From a virus, in IMG/VR virus record IMGVR_UViG_3300044816_000098, positions 90,157-154,156 of that record: a stretch of 64,000 bases of DNA; one strand, 5' to 3'. The notes beneath the pieces are model-generated. The model saw only the letters and a list, made by a program, of their open reading frames with translations. It had not been told where the DNA came from and searched no databases. The position numbers and the translations under genes were made by a program. The first letter of the stretch is position 1. Each line of letters opens with the position of its first letter. Below are positions 49,332 to 59,301 of the stretch, piece after piece.

Positions 49332-52300
49332 TGCTCCCGTGATCCCGGGCAGCCTGGGTGTGCCCACCCTGTCCAAGCTGTACGTGGACGGCATCCCCCT
49401 GGACGCCCTGAACACGGCGGTGTCCGCCAACCAGACCTTCGTGGCGGCCCAGCACGAGTTGACCGACCAGGCGTTCTTCTCCACCCCGATGCGACCCAAC
49501 GGCGATTCGACCCGCGACGTCTTCGAGGTGTCCCTGTCGATCCCGCAGGCGGTCAACCGGGTGCAGTTCGCCCTGGCGCACTTCCCCCAGCGCTCCTGGC
49601 TCCAGTACTTCGACCAGGCCACGATGACCTGGATCACCTTCACCCAGACCAACAACCTGACGACCACGATGGTGATCGAGGACTCGATCCCTCAGGTCAT
49701 CTCCTCCGGGGTGAACGACAACAGCCACCTGCACCCGCAACACTTCGGCGCCAGTCACTGGACCCCGTACGACTTTAAAATCCGTCCCGTCATCGCCTCG
49801 CGGTTCCGCGTCGTCATGTCCCGGCCGGTCTCGGAGAACATCCCGCTGACCAACTTCGGGAACCCCGTCGACTACTCGCTCGGGGTCCGGGACTTCAACA
49901 TCGGCTACCTGGTGGCCAGCCGGGACGACCTGCCCAACTCCACCCGCTCCAGCGACACCCTGACCGAGCGGGAGGCGATCGGGACGAGCATGGACCTCCT
50001 CGGCTCCTCGGTCGAGTACGTGGTGCGGGAGAACCGGGCCTCGGACCTGCTCACCACGACTGGCGCTCTGTGGAAGTCCGGCCCGCAACCCATCGCCGAC
50101 TCGGTGGTGTGCCTGTACGTGGACGCCCGGGACTCCCAGGGTGCCGCGCAGGTGGTGGACCGGTTCTACCTGGACCCGCTCCACACCGGGTGCACGGCGA
50201 ACATCTACTACAGCCCCGACATCCCGGACCCGGCGGTCTTCTCCGCTGCCGAGGTGCCGTTGAGCTTCCCCCTCACCCGGCCGGTCGGCGCGACCATCCC
50301 GCAGCCGCTGCCCGAAGGGATCCTCTTCCCCACCACGCCCTCGTTCCTGGACCTGGACAATCGGGCGGTGCAGTTCAACCCGACCAAGCCCTTCCAGTTC
50401 CACGGTATGTTCCAGCCGCAGTTCCCCGCCTCGTCGACCACCCCGGCGGTGTTCTACGACGATGGCGTCCTGGCGATGTCCTGGGGGCCGGACCCGACCG
50501 GGGCTGCCGGAGGGGTCTTCCGAGCCACCCTGGGCTCCATGGCGGCCACCTGGGCGGGCCTGACCTTCGACTTCAACGCCCGGCTGGTCTTCACCATCAC
50601 CTTCGACGGCAACCTCCTGGTGATGGAGTCTCCCCACGGCCGGGTCGAGTCCATGAGCGGGGAGATCACCCCCGGCACCCAGCTCCCGGACACCCTGCGC
50701 ATCGGAGGGTCCCAGACGGCCACCCCAGAGACCTCGGTCCCGGGCAGCGTCCGCGTGCTCTCCCTCATGATCAAGCAGGGCAACCCCGACGACGACGCGG
50801 CCAAGGCCCTGTACTGGTCCAACCCGTCCGCGTACGTCATGACCCCGCAGTTCCACACCGAGGGTCCGCACACCACGGACAACGCGATCCTGCGGTACGA
50901 CCCGAGCCAGCAGACCCCGGGCCAGTCCTCGATCAACCCGTACGGCTTCCTGGGTGGCCCCGGCGTCGTCTACGAGAACATCCGCTGGACCCCAATCGCC
51001 CGGGACTACGTCCTGAAGAAGGGGTTCTTCAACTTCGACCCGACCAAGGCGAGGTTCTTCAAGTTCGAGTTCTCGAACCTGTCGGCGGAGCCCTTCGAGT
51101 CGGACCACCCCGTCGTGCTCACCACCAAGGTCTTCTCAGGTCTGAGGGAGGCGACCACCTCTCCGGGCCGGGCCACCGCCCAGAGTTCCAACAACGGCGG
51201 CTCCGGCATGTCGGTGAACACCTCGATCTCCTCGATCAACCGCTTCGAGGACCAGAACCGGCTGACCGCATCGGGTTCCGCCGCCGTGACCCCGACGAGC
51301 CTGACGACCTACTTGCCCACTGAGGCGCTGCGGGTGATGGACCTCCAGGGTGCTGCCCGGATGGAGGGTCTCGCGCCGTACTGGAACTTCTCGAAGTTCC
51401 AGTCGGGCAGCATGATGGACCGCTTCGAGCAGTCCGAGCGGCACTACTACGAGAACGTCTCGGTGATCCACACCAAGCGGGTCGCCTACTTCGTGGGCCT
51501 GCGCGGGATCCGGATGTACCGGATCAACCGCCAGCTCGCCGACGACCAGGACCAGTACACCGAGCTGTTCCTGGACGCCCAGGACCTGCTGTATAACCCC
51601 ACGATCAACTCCTGGGCCCTGGGGGACGGGCAGATCAGCACCACCTCCACCCTGGCAGCCCCGGTCACCCTGACCAGCAAGCCGTACGCCTCCTTCCGGG
51701 CGATCCAGGCGGTCCAGTTCGCCAGCACTCAGTCCCCGGCCAAGCAGCTCCTGATCGACCCGGACTTCGACGACGTCTCCCTTCAGTACTGGCAGCCCAT
51801 CGGGGATGCCGAGACCGTCCCGGACCCGTTCTTCAACACCGACGTCGGCTCGCTGGTGCGGGTCACGCGCGGGGGCAACCCGGTCACCTGGTCGTCGATG
51901 GAGACCTCCTTCGCGACCTGGAACCTGCTGGAGGATTCGGACCCGAACCCGTACCTGCCCACCTGGGACACGATCGAGGGCAGCACCTCCCCGACGGCCA
52001 CCGGAGGGATCCAGTCCTTCCAGTCCATCCAGCCGTCCTCGATCGGCAAGCTCTACGCGGCGGCCCGGGTCATCGCCCCGGCCACGCTGAACGCTCCGCT
52101 GGTCCTGCGGCTGGTCAACGGCGACGGCACGATCCTGGCCGAGAAGCCGATGAACGTGCTCGCGAACCAGATCACCGAGTGGTTCGTCGAGTACGACATC
52201 GGGACCAGCTCGACCCCGGCGGGAACCCACTCGTGGGACTTCCTGGAGACGGGCAACACCTGGACCACGATGGAGGCCCTGGGCACCTGGAACGACGTGG

Positions 52301-52902
52301 CGAACATCGTGGCCCAGATCGAGGTCCACGACGTCCAGGTGAGCCTGTCGCAGGACTTCGCCACGGCGGACGTCTTCTACGTCGACAACATCTCGATCTT
52401 CAACGACGCGATCCTGTGGGAGTTCAGCCGCGACAGCGGTCAGACCTGGTGGCCCGCATGGGACATCCGCAACGACCCGCACGGCGCCTTCGTCTTCCCG
52501 GACGGCGACCAGTCGGTACCCGGCGGCGGCAGTCAGTTCGTGTGGAGGGTCACCGGCGCCGCGTCGGACTTGAGCGTGTCCGCACTCCAGGTCCGCTTCT
52601 GGTTCGACTCGCTGATGATGGGCATCCCGTTCAACCGCACGCTCCAGCACGGCGGCCCGAACCTCACGCCGCTGGATCAGTACCCCGATGTGACCGACGA
52701 CCCGATGTTCAAGGCATGGCACGGCGCCATCCCTCAGGACTGGTGGTACATCTACCGCCAGTGGGTCCGCCTGCACGCCGCGACCCCGAGCATCACCCAG
52801 CGCGCCTTCCTGCCGGACACCCTGCCGGTCGGCGTGGACGAGGGATCTCCGGCGGCTCCGTCCTACAGCGTCATGCCCACCTCTCTCGTCCGCCGCATCT
52901 AA
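49324..52902 (+). CDS. large baseplate/minor tail protein
   Basis: 1192-aa beta-rich ORF in the baseplate cluster. Confidence 0.7.
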   Translation: MTSAPVIPGSLGVPTLSKLYVDGIPLDALNTAVSANQTFVAAQHELTDQAFFSTPMRPNGDSTRDVFEVSLSIPQAVNRVQFALAHFPQRSWLQYFDQATMTWITFTQTNNLTTTMVIEDSIPQVISSGVNDNSHLHPQHFGASHWTPYDFKIRPVIASRFRVVMSRPVSENIPLTNFGNPVDYSLGVRDFNIGYLVASRDDLPNSTRSSDTLTEREAIGTSMDLLGSSVEYVVRENRASDLLTTTGALWKSGPQPIADSVVCLYVDARDSQGAAQVVDRFYLDPLHTGCTANIYYSPDIPDPAVFSAAEVPLSFPLTRPVGATIPQPLPEGILFPTTPSFLDLDNRAVQFNPTKPFQFHGMFQPQFPASSTTPAVFYDDGVLAMSWGPDPTGAAGGVFRATLGSMAATWAGLTFDFNARLVFTITFDGNLLVMESPHGRVESMSGEITPGTQLPDTLRIGGSQTATPETSVPGSVRVLSLMIKQGNPDDDAAKALYWSNPSAYVMTPQFHTEGPHTTDNAILRYDPSQQTPGQSSINPYGFLGGPGVVYENIRWTPIARDYVLKKGFFNFDPTKARFFKFEFSNLSAEPFESDHPVVLTTKVFSGLREATTSPGRATAQSSNNGGSGMSVNTSISSINRFEDQNRLTASGSAAVTPTSLTTYLPTEALRVMDLQGAARMEGLAPYWNFSKFQSGSMMDRFEQSERHYYENVSVIHTKRVAYFVGLRGIRMYRINRQLADDQDQYTELFLDAQDLLYNPTINSWALGDGQISTTSTLAAPVTLTSKPYASFRAIQAVQFASTQSPAKQLLIDPDFDDVSLQYWQPIGDAETVPDPFFNTDVGSLVRVTRGGNPVTWSSMETSFATWNLLEDSDPNPYLPTWDTIEGSTSPTATGGIQSFQSIQPSSIGKLYAAARVIAPATLNAPLVLRLVNGDGTILAEKPMNVLANQITEWFVEYDIGTSSTPAGTHSWDFLETGNTWTTMEALGTWNDVANIVAQIEVHDVQVSLSQDFATADVFYVDNISIFNDAILWEFSRDSGQTWWPAWDIRNDPHGAFVFPDGDQSVPGGGSQFVWRVTGAASDLSVSALQVRFWFDSLMMGIPFNRTLQHGGPNLTPLDQYPDVTDDPMFKAWHGAIPQDWWYIYRQWVRLHAATPSITQRAFLPDTLPVGVDEGSPAAPSYSVMPTSLVRRI

Positions 52903-52911
52903 GGAGTCCCT

Positions 52912-53685
52912 GTGCGCGCTCACTTCACGCGACCGGTCACCGACCAGCAGGGCAACTTGCTGCCGAACGTTCAGGTCTCGATCTACGACCCCGGCACCAC
53001 GGACCCGATCTCGGACACGATCTACTCCACCGACGTCGGCACGAACGTGCTGAGCAACCCCTACGTCAGTAACACCGGGATCATCGACATCTACTTCGAC
53101 GTGCCCCGCCGGGTGCGGATCGGGCTCATCCAGGGGACCCTGCCGGTCCAGTACTACGAGGACGTGGATGTCCTTGCGGCCGGGGCGGACTCCGCGCACA
53201 TCGGCGCCGGGGCCAACTCCCTGGTCATCGGTCACCTTGCCGTGGCGCCCGGGGACAGTGCCACGGCCCTGGGCCCGGGATCCTCCGCCGGAGGCGCTCA
53301 GGGGACCGCTGTGGGCAGCGCGGCCAACGCTCTGGGCAGTCAGTCCGTCGCGGTGGGTGCCGCCGCTGTGCAGGACACCGGGAGCATCGGCATCGGCGAC
53401 GGGGCGGCGGCCGGGGGACCGAACAACATCGCCATCGGCGCGGACGCCACCACGGGGATGGATCAGACCATCGCCATCGGCCACGCGGCGGTGGCGAACT
53501 TCAACCACTCCACGGCCATCGGCGCCGGGGCGACCAACACCGGCCCGAATCAGATCGTGCTCGGCACCGGTGACGACTACGTCGAACTTCCGCCCGGGTC
53601 CGCGCTGGCCCTGACGTCCCCCATCGGCAACCGCTTCAAGATCACGGTCGACGACGACGGAAGCCTGACCACCACGCCCGCGTAG
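52912..53685 (+). CDS. tail fiber-like protein with YadA-head-type repeats
   Basis: 14-aa A.A.G..S.AIG repeats. Confidence 0.7.
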   Translation: MRAHFTRPVTDQQGNLLPNVQVSIYDPGTTDPISDTIYSTDVGTNVLSNPYVSNTGIIDIYFDVPRRVRIGLIQGTLPVQYYEDVDVLAAGADSAHIGAGANSLVIGHLAVAPGDSATALGPGSSAGGAQGTAVGSAANALGSQSVAVGAAAVQDTGSIGIGDGAAAGGPNNIAIGADATTGMDQTIAIGHAAVANFNHSTAIGAGATNTGPNQIVLGTGDDYVELPPGSALALTSPIGNRFKITVDDDGSLTTTPA

Positions 53686-53688
53686 CGC

Positions 53689-53721
53689 TGTCACAGCTCC
53701 CGCGAGGACTGTGAAGAGGTG
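53689..53721 (+). promoter_or_regulatory. putative late promoter TGTC-N20-GAAGAGGTG
   Basis: Motif copy. Confidence 0.7.
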
Positions 53722-53740
53722 AGGACCAAGGAGGACCGAC

Positions 53741-56545
53741 GTGGCACGAGCCCATCTGTTCCGACCGATCACCGATCGTGAAGGCAACCTGCTCTACAAC
53801 GCGACTGTGACCGTTCGTGAGACCAACTACGCGGTGGCCATCGGGCAGCCGCTGTACGCGTCCGCCACGGGGAGCACGGTGCTCGACAACCCCTTCGTGG
53901 CCCCGAACGGGGTGATCGACTTCTGGTTGGACACAGCTCAGCGGGTGTCGATCCTCGTCGAGGCCGAGGGGGAGCAGGCGATCCTGGCCTACCTCGATGC
54001 CTTCCCGGCGCCGGAAGAGGTCGTCTCCTCCACCGCGCCGCTGAAGGTCACCAACGTCCCGACCACCTCGGGTCAGGTCCTGCTCTCCACCGCCACGGCA
54101 GGTGTCGTGCAGTGGGGAGACCCACCCGTCGGTACCGGCCTGACCCCGGTGGTCGTGGCGTCCTCGCAGAGCTTCAACACCGGCGCGGACCCGATCGGCT
54201 GGACCTTCACCGGGTCCAACAGCACCCACTCGTACGACCCGCTGATCCTGCCGCCCGGCACGAACTACCTCTACGCGCTGCACGGCCAGACCACGGCGGC
54301 CAGCGGGGTCCTGACGGTCACCGGACCTACCTTCACCCTCCTGGAGGCCGGGAGCCTGTCCCTGTGGGTCAAGAGCACCGTCCAAACCGGGGACACCTTC
54401 CAGGTCAAGGTCACCAACACCGTGCCGACCACCACGGTGCTGGGGACGATCTCGGAGACCCGGGACTGGGGCTTCTACTCGTACCCGCTGGCGGCGGGCA
54501 CATATACCCCCAAGTTCGTCTACACCGGCACCACACCCTTCACCGGTACGTCACATGACGTCTGGATGACCGGCTACGTGGCCCGCTACGGGGGCAACGT
54601 GCCCTCGCACACCCACGCGGGCGCCGGAGCCTCCTCCGTGGCCCTGGGGACCTCCTCGGTGGCCTCTGCGGCCTTCTCCACCGCCGTGGGCGCGACCGCC
54701 TCTTCGACGGGCAGCAACGCCACCGCCTACGGCTACGGGGCGTCCGCGTCCGGCAACAGCTCGCTGGCCGTCGGCACCGGCGCCATCGCCAACGCGGACT
54801 ACGCCATGGCCGTAGGCGCGGGTGCGGCGGGATCGGGAGCGGCCACCGCCTGGACTGCCGTGGGGTACAACGCCTCGGCGACCGGCCTGGAGTCCGTGGC
54901 GATCGGCAAGAGCGCTCAGGCCACGGCCGACTATGCCACCGCCGTGGGGTCCTCCGCCCAGGTGAACTCCGCCTCGGGTGTGGCCATCGGGCAGAACGCC
55001 CAGGCCCTGGCGGCCTCGGGTGTGGCCCTGGGCGCCGGTGCGGTGGTGGGCGCGACCCACATCAACTCGGTCGCCCTGGGCGCCGGAGCGACCTCCACCG
55101 GCTCGAACCAGATCGTTCTGGGCAACGCGGGCGGGATGACGATCATCCCGGGCTCGTTGCAGAACTACGGCCTGGTCTCGCTGGGGACCCAGGGGTCCCG
55201 AGTCGGCTTCTACGGCTCCACCGGCAACGTCCAGCAGACGGTCAACGGCTCCGACGACGGCAACGTCACCCTGCGGACCCTGACCACGGCCCTGGCCAAC
55301 ATGGGGCTGATCGTCAACAACTCGATCCAGCAACCGGCGCAGTTCCGCAACCCGGTCGGGATCATCGACTACTTCTACCACCAGGATCCGGCGGACGGCA
55401 CGCTGGGCAACGCGGACTTCGACTACCGGCCGTACACCTACGCGCCGCTGGCCTTCTCCTCGAACACCCCGTACCCGGCCGGACCCCAGTGGTCGGTGGG
55501 TACGGACCACAACGCGTACAAGGGCCTGGCCACGGGCCTGGGCGCCATGAAGAACATGTACACGCCGAAGCAGACGTCCGTCTTCGTCACGACCTTCACC
55601 GGCACCGGCAACAAGGTCTGCATCGCCGTGCGGCACACCGGCCAGACGGACAGTTCGGCGGCGGCCGGGTACCTGATCATCGACCAGGCCGCGAACACCA
55701 TCGCCTTCGCGACCAAGGCCGCCGGAGCCCTGTCGAATGTCTACACCGTGGCGGGCGGCAACTCGGTCTCGCTGGCCACCTTGCCGTACACCCTCTTCGA
55801 CGGCCTGGCCCACGGCCACATGATCACGGTGTCCGGCAACTACGTGATGTACGCGGACAGCTTCCAGACGCCCTTCTTCACCCCGGTCTTCTTCTACGAC
55901 CCGGCCCTGAACGCCACGGGCACGTATGTGGGGATCGACGTCAACGCCACCACGACGAAGTTCAACTACCTCGCCTTCCTGCCGCCGCACAGCTTCGACA
56001 ACTTCCGGGTCACCGGCGCTCTGTCGAACGCCCCGACGAGCGAGCCGTGGTGGCCGGTGAACTCCGGTGCGGGTGCAGCGAGCACGGTCTCCGTGGCGGG
56101 CAATCTCCAGATCACCGGGGCCTCCGGCGGATACTCGCTCAACTACATCCTGACGACCAACAACTCGGACCTGAAGGCCGTTCGCACGAAGTGGGGCGCC
56201 GGTACCCCGACCACCGCCATGGGCATGATCCTTTGCTACGTGGACCCCAACAACTACTACTTCTGCAACAACAGTCAGGTCCTGCGGGTGCTGGCCGGGG
56301 TCACCACCACACTGGCCACCTACTCCAGCAACATGGTGGCCACAGACCTGATGCTGGTCACCCATACGGCCGTAGGAGGCATTCAGGTCTCCCGCAACGG
56401 CGTGGTGGTGGCGACCACCTCCGACACTTCTCCAGCCATGCTCGCGAGCAATCGGTTCGGTCTGGGTGTGCGCGGCGTCGGTGTCGCGAACTTCGCGTAC
56501 TTCTGGGTGGCGGACAACTACAACGCCGGGGTGATCTACAAGTGA
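53741..56545 (+). CDS. tail fiber protein with YadA-head-type repeats and lectin-like domains
   Basis: N-terminus paralogous to 52912; 14-aa repeats. Confidence 0.75.
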   Translation: MARAHLFRPITDREGNLLYNATVTVRETNYAVAIGQPLYASATGSTVLDNPFVAPNGVIDFWLDTAQRVSILVEAEGEQAILAYLDAFPAPEEVVSSTAPLKVTNVPTTSGQVLLSTATAGVVQWGDPPVGTGLTPVVVASSQSFNTGADPIGWTFTGSNSTHSYDPLILPPGTNYLYALHGQTTAASGVLTVTGPTFTLLEAGSLSLWVKSTVQTGDTFQVKVTNTVPTTTVLGTISETRDWGFYSYPLAAGTYTPKFVYTGTTPFTGTSHDVWMTGYVARYGGNVPSHTHAGAGASSVALGTSSVASAAFSTAVGATASSTGSNATAYGYGASASGNSSLAVGTGAIANADYAMAVGAGAAGSGAATAWTAVGYNASATGLESVAIGKSAQATADYATAVGSSAQVNSASGVAIGQNAQALAASGVALGAGAVVGATHINSVALGAGATSTGSNQIVLGNAGGMTIIPGSLQNYGLVSLGTQGSRVGFYGSTGNVQQTVNGSDDGNVTLRTLTTALANMGLIVNNSIQQPAQFRNPVGIIDYFYHQDPADGTLGNADFDYRPYTYAPLAFSSNTPYPAGPQWSVGTDHNAYKGLATGLGAMKNMYTPKQTSVFVTTFTGTGNKVCIAVRHTGQTDSSAAAGYLIIDQAANTIAFATKAAGALSNVYTVAGGNSVSLATLPYTLFDGLAHGHMITVSGNYVMYADSFQTPFFTPVFFYDPALNATGTYVGIDVNATTTKFNYLAFLPPHSFDNFRVTGALSNAPTSEPWWPVNSGAGAASTVSVAGNLQITGASGGYSLNYILTTNNSDLKAVRTKWGAGTPTTAMGMILCYVDPNNYYFCNNSQVLRVLAGVTTTLATYSSNMVATDLMLVTHTAVGGIQVSRNGVVVATTSDTSPAMLASNRFGLGVRGVGVANFAYFWVADNYNAGVIYK

Positions 56546-58935
56546 CGGCACGCTGCCACCTGCATCTTCCGATCACCAACTCCGCCGGGGTGGTGTTTCC
56601 CTACGCCACGCTGGAGTTCTTCGACTTCACCACCGGCGCCCCGAGCACCGAGCCGATCTTCGTCCAGGCCCTCGGCGGCAACGCGGTCTCCACGCCGCTG
56701 TTCTGCGACCCGGCGGTCATCGACGTCTGGACGGACAACCCGGTCCGGTTCAAGATCGTGGCCACAGTGCAGGGCAACGTCCGGATCCAGCTCGATGGCG
56801 TCGACATGCTCCCCGAGCCGACGTCGATGATGCAGGCCCCGGCCCACATGCGGGTCACCGAGCCCCCGAACACCGCGCTGAACACCGAGGTGCTGATGTC
56901 CTCGCTGCCCGGGGAGGCCGCCTTCCGTGTCGCCAACCCGCTGGCCACGCACCAGCATGAAGGTGACTCAGTAGGTTCGGTGGTCCTCACCGGCGAGGAC
57001 GCGACCGACTTCAACCCGTATCAGTCGTGGCTCGGCTACCACGCGGGGGAGAACGTCTCGGCATACTCGCCCGCTTCCTCGGCACTGGGTCCGCACGCGG
57101 ACGTCCAGGGCGCCAACGCGACCATCGTGGGCATCGGCCAGATCATCACGCAGACGTCCAGTGGCCTGGCCGGGGACATGGCCACCGTGCTCTCCAGCGA
57201 GGACGGGACGGCTGCCCAGGGGTCCACCACCATCGGCGCAGCCAACATCACCGCCCAGGGCCGCAACGTCACCGTGGTGGGCTCCCTGAACGGGACCTCC
57301 TCGCCCGGTTCGACTCCTGACGGCACGGTCGTGGTGGGCCAGGGCAGCGTCCTGGGGGCCGCTGGAGCGGTGAAGATCGGGCCGAACCATCCGGCCTCCA
57401 CGGCGGGCGCGAACAACGTCTCGATCGGCAACGCCAACGTCGCCCAGAGCAACGGTCTGCCGTGGGCCGGGGCCCAGAACCCGATGGCCATGGGGACCAA
57501 CACCACGCTGGCCGGAGACCCCTCCACGGCGCTCTCCTCGGACGACTGGTTCGGTGGAGTGGGTCCGCTGGCCCTGGGGGTCAACAGCACCGCCTTCAGC
57601 CCCTCCCTGGGCACCCTGTCCGGCGCCGCCGCTACCCAGATGCTGCTGGCCGTGGCCGGGGACGTGGTGGTCAATGGACAGAGGACCTACCTGGGGACCA
57701 CCACCACGCTGGGCTTCTACGGGACGGTCGGCATCGTCCGGCCGAAGATCCCGTACGACGCGGGAGACGTGGTCAACACCCAGGTCACCTCGCTGTGCCA
57801 GGCCCTGGCCAAGATCGGGCTGATCTACACCAACGACGTACCGGTGCTGTCCGAGTCCGGGACCCACACGGACGGCGCCGCGCTGGAGTTCGCCGAGACC
57901 GGCCAGGCGTTGCAGTGGAAGCTTCCCGTGGCCTCTCCGGCCTACCGGGCAACCAATCCCTTCACGATCGCCTCCAACAAGGTGGTGCTGAACGCGGCCA
58001 ACGGCCCGTTCCCGACCCGGGGCGTGAGCGCGCTCTACTCCGGGAGCCTGCCGGACGTGAGCGTGAAGGGCCGGTTCACCTACAACCCGACCGGCACGAA
58101 CCTGTGCACGAATGGCGAGTTCGGGACGGACACCTCCGGCTGGGCCGGGTACGACTCCGGCGCCACGATTGCCAGGGACACCACGAAGGCGAAATACGGA
58201 CTCGCCTCTCTGAAGATCACCCCCGGTGGATCGAATGTCGCGGTACGAGCGGCATTCACCCTGAACGGCCAGACGACTGGTGCACAATTCAACTTCTCGG
58301 CCTACGTGATGCCGACGAGCAGTCGGAATGTGCGGATCAGTATCGACGGGTTCACCGCTGGGAACGTCTTTTCGAGCACCATCGGATCAACCAACATCGT
58401 TCTGACTCCGAACGTATGGACCCGCATTTCGGTATCCGGCACTGTGCTGGCCGGGGCCCCCAACCTCCGCTTCGTCGTGGGCTATCAGGACGCCACCAAC
58501 GTGCCCGTGGGGGAGACCCTGAACGTGGACGCGGCCCAGATCGTCTCCGGGGTCACCCTGATGCCGTACGTGGACGCGGGCGGGTACCACCCGGACGATC
58601 TCCACACCGGACTGATGTTCCGGACCTACAACGCGCAGTCCGTGGTGCTGGGTCTGACGCAGGCCGTGGTGACCGGATATGTGGTCGGACGCACCTCCGT
58701 GTATTCGATGACGGACAACACGATCGGCTCAACTGTGGCGACCTTGAGCGCACAGCCTGCGACGGGGGATCTGTTGCAGGCAGACTGCAATGGGACGAGC
58801 GTGACGATCCGCAAGAACGGAACTTCGGTAGCTACTTTCACGGACAGCACCCTGAACACCCGTGTGAAGCACGGATTCAAGGTCTGCCCGAGCACTTCTG
58901 CCTACGCATTCCAGGTCTACCCCTTCGGGTTCTAG
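56542..58935 (+). CDS. tail fiber protein with carbohydrate-binding-like insert
   Basis: GTGA overlap; paralogous N-terminus; NLCTNGEFGTDTSGW CBM-like start. Confidence 0.7.
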   Translation: MTARCHLHLPITNSAGVVFPYATLEFFDFTTGAPSTEPIFVQALGGNAVSTPLFCDPAVIDVWTDNPVRFKIVATVQGNVRIQLDGVDMLPEPTSMMQAPAHMRVTEPPNTALNTEVLMSSLPGEAAFRVANPLATHQHEGDSVGSVVLTGEDATDFNPYQSWLGYHAGENVSAYSPASSALGPHADVQGANATIVGIGQIITQTSSGLAGDMATVLSSEDGTAAQGSTTIGAANITAQGRNVTVVGSLNGTSSPGSTPDGTVVVGQGSVLGAAGAVKIGPNHPASTAGANNVSIGNANVAQSNGLPWAGAQNPMAMGTNTTLAGDPSTALSSDDWFGGVGPLALGVNSTAFSPSLGTLSGAAATQMLLAVAGDVVVNGQRTYLGTTTTLGFYGTVGIVRPKIPYDAGDVVNTQVTSLCQALAKIGLIYTNDVPVLSESGTHTDGAALEFAETGQALQWKLPVASPAYRATNPFTIASNKVVLNAANGPFPTRGVSALYSGSLPDVSVKGRFTYNPTGTNLCTNGEFGTDTSGWAGYDSGATIARDTTKAKYGLASLKITPGGSNVAVRAAFTLNGQTTGAQFNFSAYVMPTSSRNVRISIDGFTAGNVFSSTIGSTNIVLTPNVWTRISVSGTVLAGAPNLRFVVGYQDATNVPVGETLNVDAAQIVSGVTLMPYVDAGGYHPDDLHTGLMFRTYNAQSVVLGLTQAVVTGYVVGRTSVYSMTDNTIGSTVATLSAQPATGDLLQADCNGTSVTIRKNGTSVATFTDSTLNTRVKHGFKVCPSTSAYAFQVYPFGF

Positions 58936-59010
58936 ATCGCGTAGACGACACATCGTTCCTCTGGCTAATATTCTCTTAGCAACAATTCCTGGAGAACCCC
59001 GGAGGACGCC

Positions 59011-59301
59011 GTGAGTAGCGTCGATGTTCTGGCCGCGCAGATGGTCATGCGTGCTCGCCAGGTCGAACGCGCCCTGCACGACCCCGGTCCGTGGATGGTG
59101 CGCGCAGACGGACAGGACTACCCGACCCGCAAGGTCATCGGTGAGGACCACGTCACTTTCTTCTCGCTCGTCGACCTTCCGTGGCCCGGCGTCGCGGAAC
59201 TGGTCTGCAACGACGACACGATCTCCGTGTGCCACCTGGACGATTCCGGTTGGATCCAGGTCGCCTGGGAGTTCCTCGTCGAAGAGCCGGTATCCGCATG
59301 A
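59011..59301 (+). CDS. hypothetical protein
   Basis: GGAGG RBS; possible promoter TAGACG-N18-TAATAT at 58942-58971. Confidence 0.6.
   Translation: MSSVDVLAAQMVMRARQVERALHDPGPWMVRADGQDYPTRKVIGEDHVTFFSLVDLPWPGVAELVCNDDTISVCHLDDSGWIQVAWEFLVEEPVSA

Noticed and set aside
334-58287. Many long minus-strand ORFs (e.g. 12014-15505, 41507-44617)
   Set aside because: Antisense shadows of high-GC plus-strand genes; no RBS or motifs.
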